Positions 56,150 through 64,000 of a stretch of DNA of 64,000 nt are shown one piece after another. Positions within the stretch are counted from its first letter, which is position 1. Every line of letters starts with the position of its first letter. The position numbers were made by a program, and so were the translations under genes. The DNA is from Eledone cirrhosa (Eukaryota): contig OZ024758.1 of NCBI GenBank assembly GCA_964016885.1, positions 6,510,001 through 6,574,000 of the forward strand. The letters are read 5' to 3'. A model generated the notes under the pieces. The model searched no databases. It was not told the DNA's origin and saw nothing but the letters and a program-made list of their open reading frames with translations.

Positions 56150-57470
56150 AACTGATCACCATCTAGTTATCTGCAACCTGACACTACTTAAAGCCAAGAA
56201 AACCCATATAACTGACAGGTCTAGTTCGACCTGCAGGATGAAGTGGGAAGCGCCGGTTGACAATAAAGTCAGGACTGGGTATATAGATACTATGGCATCC
56301 AAATTTGAACAATCTGAGAATGTTGGAACGGAGTGGATACTGTTCAGCTCGACAATTTCTGCTTCAGCTGTTAAATGCTGCAAGCGAACGCGGCCTGGTG
56401 TGGACCCCTTGGTTAAAGATGCCACCCGAGCAAAGAAGGAGACTTATAAATCTTGGCTTGGAAATATGTCAACCTTCATGCACATGTGGCACAAGCAGGC
56501 GCGTAAAGTCGCAGCAGAGACAGCAAATGCGTCCAGAGTTAAGACATAGGAGGACTTTGGGGTTAAGCTGGAATCCAACTTCGGACCAGCAAATAAAGTG
56601 TTCTGGCAGACGATCCACCGACTTCGTAATAAGAAGTCCCCCTCCACACCTGTATCAGGAACGCGTCTGGAGTTCTCCTCTCTGAAGAGAGGTGCATCCG
56701 TGCGAGATAGATAAAATATAATGCTGATCCCCTAAAACAGTTTACAACAATATCTGCTGATATACATGAGGTGCATTTGCGAGCCATGACTAACCTCTCG
56801 GGGACTGAAATCACAAGAGCAATACAGATCTCTTTGGGGAGAAAGAAATTCGGCCCGAGACGTTAAAAGCCCTAATAGAGAAGTTGTTCTCTGGTTGGCC
56901 TGTGTGTGCAGGGTAGCCTGGGTCTCTAGAAAAGCACAGAAGCAATGGCAATCGGGAGCGGTAATCCCAATTTTCCAAAGGAGAGTCAAGAAAGATTGCT
57001 CTAATTATAGACATAACCCCTTGTTAAACATCCCCGGTAAAATCTTTACTAAGTGTGTGGAAAAGAGATGTAGGGGTATTATAGAATCCAAGCTAGCTGA
57101 CCAACAGTGTGGGTAATAACCAAAAGAATACGATGGCGAATACAACCGGCCGAGATGGGGTTCCTCCGAAAGATCTTTGGAATAATGTTACAGAGATCAG
57201 AGACTCATTCCAGGTAAATCCGCTATTTCTCCGAATTGAGGGATCACAGCACTGCACTACGGATATGTGGTAAGAATGCCTCAGGAAAGAATCGCTGGAC
57301 AGATTTTACGGGCAAAACCAACTGGCAGGGGACCCAGGGGTAGATCCCTAGCAAAATAGCTGGATAGCATCCATAAACTCGGCTGATCACGCTTACGGAT
57401 TTATCAGAATCAATTGGAGATACTTGCTGCTGACAAGATCCGCTGGAAGGCGTGCATCAAGGCACTTCCT
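56150..57470 (+). mobile_element. Degenerate RTE-clade LINE ORF2 fragment
   Basis: Frames give WQSGAVIPIFQRRVKKDCSNYR..LLNIPGKIFTK..DQQCG (start of the RT domain) and later RPRGRP-like C-terminal sequence. Multiple stops and frameshifts. Confidence 0.85.
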
Positions 57471-57723
57471 ATGGTCAGCTTTATATTTGCACTTCAACAT
57501 TTCGGAAAATGGATCAGTCATCGTAACGAGGGAAAAACTAAGAATAATGAGCCCAAGTTTTTAGAATGAACAGAGAGTATTTCACGGTATTTCATGTTTC
57601 AATGATAATATGTAATCCCTGATTTATACATCATATAGATTGTGAAGCAGTTGAAATATCTATAGTTTTACTTCAGTACAATATCCAGGCATCACCGGGT
57701 ACCTCTGCCTCTTTATATAATAC

Positions 57724-58218
57724 ACTAGCCGAATTACCCGAACCTTGCTGCGTTTCACACATTTTTTTAATTTTCTTTTGTAAGACAATGATGATTGATT
57801 TTAAATCAGTGATATAATTTATGGAGAAAAACTCTGCATTTCAATATTACTCAATGTAAAATGTAATGCATGAAAAACTGGAAAACACTACTTTTTGAAA
57901 TATATCAAATCAAAATTACATTATTAAATCTTATTCTCATTTCAAATTATCAATTCAAAACTTGTGTGAATAGGCATCATATCTTGTCATTTACCTATGG
58001 TTTAAATTTCATATAAATCAAAGGGAAAAATGTTCAGGGGTTTTCAGTGGGAGTTTTGTGCCCCGGGAAACCCTTCGATTAAAATGAAATATACTTATCC
58101 AAGTACCCTGGGCAATGTAGTTTCAGAATATATATGGTTATGGGGGTCTATCTTCAAAACCATAGGAGGAGTTCGTGAACAAACAAACAGACAGGAATAC
58201 AACTTTATATATATAGAT
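57724..58218 (+). mobile_element. Non-autonomous Helitron/Helentron-like element
   Basis: Starts ACTAGCCGAATTACCCG, has internal aaatttcat..aaatc, and ends acaaacaaacagacag..ctttatatatatagat, as in DINE-1/HINE-like elements. Confidence 0.55.
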
Positions 58219-58879
58219 GTATATAAATGTCTGTGTGATATAGATATATATACATGTGTGTGCGTGTGTGTATGATATATACATACATACATGCATACAT
58301 GCATATATATATATATATATATATACATACATACATACATACATACATACATACATACATACATACATACATACATACATACATACATACATGGTGGCTG
58401 CCAACTCGTTTTCGAGTACAGCCACTACTTTATATCCATGTAGGAGAACTCCTGCCGATGCGCTGAACGAGTGTGACTTTTTAGTCCAGCCAGCGACTTG
58501 AAAACTCTGGTACAAACACTACACTTGTGACAATCATTGACACATAGTGCTGGGCCCATGGTACCACGTGACGACAAGTGCAGAGAGATCTCCAGATGTA
58601 AAGCAATGCCTGTGCCGTGAAGCTTTTATAGTGAGCAAAGGCACTGCACAAAGCCAGTCCCACTCTCTTAACCTAGATGATATTTACCAAAAAGAAGAAC
58701 AAGTCAACATCATTGGATACCATCAGGGTTGCAGGTGTTATATCAGATACATACATAATACATACATACATACATACATACATACATACATACATACATA
58801 CATACATACATACATACATACATACATACATACATACATGCATACATATATATATATATAAGTATATATATATATATTA

Positions 58880-59066
58880 ATTGTTTCTACTTTAGGCACA
58901 AGGCCAGCAATTACCCAGTGCATTACTGGTACTTTATTTTATCGACCCCGTAAGGATGAAAGGCAAAGTCAACCTCGGCGGGATTTGAACTCAGATCGTA
59001 AAGGGACGTAACTATGCTGGAAAGCATGGCGTCCGACCCTCTACTGATACTGCCAATCCACCGCCC
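58880..59066 (-). mobile_element. Same SINE family, well-preserved copy
   Basis: Reverse complement of the 61112 element. Other approximate copies: 4115-4297(-), 6156-6372(+), 7368-7475(-), 9818-9995(-), 12148-12298(-), 17528-17705(-), 29590-29780(+), 33258-33470(+), 34240-34390(-), 43065-43247(+), 44525-44643(+), 46010-46175(+), 53945-54100(-). Confidence 0.85.
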
Positions 59067-59159
59067 TGGTATATATATATTAATGATATTCTAACGGCAA
59101 TACAATAATACACATAAAATCCCATTCTCATCGATAGCTCAGACGACAATAGCAATGAG

Positions 59160-59195
<36 letters not shown>

Positions 59196-59397
59196 GCAAC
59201 AACAATAATACAAATGTCCATTATATTCCTTTCCTTTCTTCTCCCAAAAACAATATACCAATGCGATTTGAGACATCATATACTTTTTAATAGGTATTGT
59301 AATGTTCGACATTATTGTCAATAACTACTCCCAAAACACATTAAGATAACATAGCATTACTGCTTGTAGTTAGTCGTTGATATAAAGATGACGGCGG

Positions 59398-59428
<31 letters not shown>

Positions 59429-59582
59429 ATTCACAGCGATGATGGTGATGATGTTGATGATGATGATGATGATTCTTTTGTTTCCTTGATTTATTTATTA
59501 TAAAGGAAATGTCTGCAATTCTAAATTTTATCTCACTTGAAAATAATTTGTTGAAGGATGTGTATTGCTGAATGTCGTAGTT

Positions 59583-59685
<103 letters not shown>

Positions 59686-59729
59686 ATGTATATATATACA
59701 TATTTATACACCTATATATACATATATAC

Positions 59730-59760
<31 letters not shown>

Positions 59761-59785
59761 CATATATACATATATGTATGTGTAT

Positions 59786-59820
<35 letters not shown>

Positions 59821-60583
59821 CATATATGTATATGTATATACATATATACATATACATATATATATATATACATATATACACATACACATATACATACATA
59901 CAATCAATCCATTTACAATCGAGCTCATTCAATGCTAACCATGATAGAATTTATTTATTAAAAAATTATTTGTTAATTATCGAAGTAGTGATATAAAGCA
60001 ACAGATATAGTATTACCAGACGATGTCGTCTGCCATAGACTTCCAGTGTTTTCATCGCTCCACGTAAATATCTATCTAAAATGAAAGTTCTTTTGAATGT
60101 TTTCTGCCGAAAATTTTGGACACTTTATTTCACGTTGTTCCAGTTTACTCAGCAATAGAAATGAGATGATAGGACCGGGGTCCCTATCATTAAATTACCC
60201 AAGACACCTCCAACGAGATATACCTTGGAGGAGGCCAGCTAAACTTGCATAGGTGTGAGCTGTCATACACACACACATAATAAATGAACAAAGAATAAGT
60301 TACTACAAGTTATAAAGGTTGACGATGTTTTTGCTGTTATGGTGAAATAATCTGTGGCCAGAGAAGGTGAGAGCCTGTAAGACCAGGAGAGAGGGAGAGA
60401 GAGGGGGTCTGTAGAAGTCTGAAGACCCCAAGGGGTCTGTAGAAAGCAAATGTTTTACATCGTTATTGTCAAGAACTTCTCCGAACTCCCTTTTGCCTGG
60501 TCTAAGACAGGCTATTTATATCTGTCGCTTCCTCTGAAAAGCCACATCCTACACGAGGTTCCTCCGATATGGCTGTCATAGGA

Positions 60584-60716
60584 TAGTGTAGCAGAACAGG
60601 TCAGATCTAGAGTCTCTGATATGGTTATCATGAGATAATCTAACAGAACAAGTCAGATCTGGAGTCTCTGATATGGCTATCATATGATAGTCTAGCAGAA
60701 CAGATCAGATCTAGAG
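60584..60716. repeat. About 52-bp tandem repeat x2.5
   Basis: Units of ctgatatggctatcat..gata.tctagcagaaca.gtcagatctagagt. Confidence 0.75.
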
Positions 60717-61111
60717 TAAGCCTCTATTAAATTACAGCTTGTCTCAGAGTAAGTAGTTCATGCAACGATCATCAGTTTAATTAGATGACCTCGGTGTCGT
60801 GAACATCAGTAGACTCACAGATGATTGACTATTAATTCAACAATGGGTTGGCACAAATGCTCCAGTTAGTTGAGAAATCTAAGAGTATGTAAGTGAGGTG
60901 AGCTGCATATATTCTAGCCATTAGTCGGAATAAAATGAATACGTCACCTTCGAAAGATGGCTGACTCACGAAGAAGAAAGAAGAGAATGTTCACACAGAA
61001 TTTTCTGGAGCCCCGGCGAGCATCGAAGCCTGGCGACCGGCCTGTAATAATAGAAATCATCTCACATGTATTTTTGCTTAACTGAAAATTGTTTTAATAT
61101 TATCTCAGGAC

Positions 61112-61331
61112 GGAGGGCGGTGGATTGGCAGTATCAGTAGAGGGTCGGACGCCATGCTTTGCAGCATAGAGTTACGGCCCTTTATGATCTGAGTTCAAAT
61201 CCCGCCGAGGTTAACTTTGCCTTTCATCTTTACGGGGTCGATAAAATAAAGCACGAGTAACGCAGTGGGGTCGATTTAATCGACTTTCCCCTCCTCCAAA
61301 ATTGTTGGCCTTGTGCCTATATAAAAAAACC
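61112..61331 (+). mobile_element. Near full-length tRNA-derived SINE with Deu/Nin-like core (about 20 copies or fragments in the window)
   Basis: A-box-like tggcagtatcagtag, B-box gagttcaaatccc, core gcctttcatc..ggggtcgataaaataaag. 16-bp TSD at 61096-61111 / 61332-61347 (one mismatch). Confidence 0.85.
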
Positions 61332-62980
61332 AATATCATCTCAGGACAAGGACAACTTTTAATCAAGTCCTTATATTTTTATTTTTAATTTTATGAATAA
61401 AACTATATAAATGCTATTTTATTTTTGAATAAAATACCCACCATAGAAATTCAACAGTTGGCTTTTAAATCAACTTTCATATATCTTATGTTCTCTTTTA
61501 CTTTTCGTTTTCCCATTCCTTGTTTTGTGTTTCTCTGCTGCTATTTTTTCTCATTATATTGAACCGAGAGGAGGATGGCAAACAATCCCTGGTACTTTTA
61601 TTATTATGGGTTTGAGGATGCCGAAAGTGATTAGTATTTTTCTGTCCCTTTCTTTTATAAATATTATATTTCACGTTTTACTATTTTCAATTCGTTTCGT
61701 TTCTGACCTTCTTAAATTTTTTTTTTTTAATAAAATTAATACATTAGAAATATTTCAGTATGAATGATGTTTTTTAGATGCCTTTAGCTTCACACAGCTG
61801 CAGTTAACATTGTTGAATTATACCGATTTTTTTAATATTTTTGTTTTTATTTTAATTATTTTTAGTTGTATAATTTATTTCATTTTATATAATTTTTATA
61901 TTTTTATTTTGTATATGGACATGCAAACAATCAAATGCGTTCTTTTTGTTTTCGTTATCTATGATAAATAATCCCAGCAGTTATCTGTTTTTAATTTTAT
62001 TCGATGATTGGAAATGATAATTCGGTGACACGAAATTTGAAAATTTACCTTTAATATGTTCGCACTGTAAAGTGGTTGGTGATAGGAAGGGCATCTAGTC
62101 GTAGAAATCTTACCAAACAAGGGGTTAGGAGGACCCTTCAGTTTGTATCAAAAGATACGACAACTTCTCTGCACTTGATATAACCGTACATAAGGAGGAT
62201 ACAGAAGCCTCGTCCTTTCTAGTATTTACAATGTTTTTGTAAATTTATGAATAGATACTTAGGATGGCCATGGAACATCAATCCTTGTCTTCCCAAATAG
62301 AAACCTACTTCTATAACACAGGTTAGAATTATCATATTGTGTGTATTACTTTCCTTATAAGGTCAAACAAGACATGTTTGTCGTTCAACAATAACATTTT
62401 ATTTTTTAAAAATAGATGTTTGAGCTTTTTGTGCGTTTCATTTTTTGCAACCAATCTCTAATATTTTGACTGTTCGTTTTCACGATTTGCAATGCTTTCG
62501 TTTTCTCTATGTCCAACCTAATTACTTTCTTATTGTTATTACTGGGGTTTTCTATCAAAATATGATAGTTTTTCTATGTGATCTTAACCATCGGCAAATG
62601 TTATTCTCATAGTAAAACGCAATATACAATGGACAATAGCCTAGAACATGATGAAAGTAATATATGTGTGAGTGTTTTATGAGCTGGCTGTGTTGTACCA
62701 GAAGTTTATGAAACAATTGTATTTGTCTTCTTTTTATCAAACAAAGACAGACAAAGATATTTGGATAGAAAACAAATTTGGAATCTAATCTGGCAGACCT
62801 ACTATAAGATTTCATTCTATGATTTGTTATTTCTGTTGGTAAATCGTGAAAGCCAAGTTATTGACATTACACGCTATTGCTGGTTTCAATTAAGTTTCGA
62901 GAACATTTCGATCATTACTGACTACGTTTTGGGAAGCTTTGACAGAATTGTTTTACAGTATTTTATATATATATATATAT

Positions 62981-63472
62981 ATTGGTAAACGGAATAGAAA
63001 ATGCTGACAAATTGTTCACAGTTGAAAAATGGTTTAATTAGGAATAAAAGAGTATTAGTGATTGTATGGGTTAGTATTCAGTTGTGGTTTTAAGTTTTTA
63101 AGTTTTTACCGGTTGCGCATTTCTAAATGCTTTTCAAAAATAATTTTGAGATAGAGTGTCCGTGTTGTTTGCTCTGATCTGATTAGTTTTTGGAATTCTG
63201 CCTGTTTTTATGTTAAAAAAGTGGCTCCAGCGCTACTTTGGTGTTGCAAAAATTCTTGTGGTCAAAACAATTTTGATTGGTCGGTAGAGGTCATGTGAAT
63301 GTAAAAAATTGATTTTGCGCCAAGACTGTTTTTATGTTAAAAAAGTGGCTCCAGCGCTACTTGGTGTTTGCAAAAATTCTTGTGGTCAAAACAATTTTGA
63401 TTGGTCGGTAGAGGTCATGTGAATAAAAAATTGGTTTTGCGCCAAGATTGAGAAATGACTCTTTCACAACAA

Positions 63473-63538
<66 letters not shown>

Positions 63539-63707
63539 TAAAAACTTAAAAACTTAAAACCACAACTGAATACTAACCCATACAATTACTAATACTCTTT
63601 TATTCCTAATTAAATCATTTTTCAACTGTGAACAATTTGTCAGCATTTTCTATTCCGTTTACCAATATATAATAACTTGTGTGTTACACCTCTATTCTTT
63701 TAACTAT
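62981..63707. mobile_element. PLE-like inverted arms (62981-63109 / 63538-63666) with a variant hammerhead and an internal ~124-bp tandem duplication
   Basis: The arms are reverse complements. Minus strand 63103-63141 reads UUUU-UUGAAAA-GCAU/AUGC-GCAACCGGUA-AAAA-like. 63202-63325 is repeated at 63326-63447. Confidence 0.65.
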
Positions 63708-64000
63708 ATATATATATGGGTGGGGGCTGTGCATCGAGGAACGTATAAATATCCTGTAGAGATTACGTAACAATATCTATCTAAATACAAGATCCAATTT
63801 CTATAATCAATGTCCGCACGCCGCCAAGTACTTATTACATAACTACAAAGACCCAGACTATTCTTATCCAGAATTATCGTAATTGGCTCCCTTTCATCAG
63901 TCTAACTTTAGTTGTCCCCCTTGTCGACGACCTAGCGCATGGCCGGCCATAATGAGCCATTACTCGAGTTGGAAATCCGCCAAATGAAACACGTGTCTTT

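Noticed and set aside
61112-61210. tRNA gene from A/B-box-like motifs (also 4600-4662 and 44247-44275)
   Set aside because: These are tRNA-derived SINE heads with no complete cloverleaf.

Overview
AT-rich, repeat-dominated animal genomic DNA. The SINE/LINE complement and microsatellite load suggest a coleoid cephalopod such as Octopus (inference). Nearly all long ORFs in the supplied track are microsatellite or satellite artefacts. The only supportable host gene is the last three coding exons (32759-32859, 41092-41182, 50232-50447; + strand) of a class A neuropeptide GPCR resembling leucokinin/lymnokinin receptors. Its earlier exons were not found in the window. Introns and the 3' flank contain tRNA-derived Deu/Nin-type SINEs, a MetaSINE, RTE-type LINE fragments, a hAT MITE, a Helentron-like element, a 42-bp satellite and a 200-N gap. 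The main hidden signal is about 20 intact or decayed type I hammerhead ribozyme (HHR) motifs from roughly ten distinct sequence families. They sit in short, often fold-back cassettes inserted in (TA)n tracts. One lies directly downstream of a Penelope-like GIY-YIG endonuclease C-terminus, which identifies the cassettes as Penelope-like element (PLE) ends or non-autonomous derivatives. Many lie on the sense strand of the GPCR pre-mRNA. All structures were folded by eye; no searches were run.
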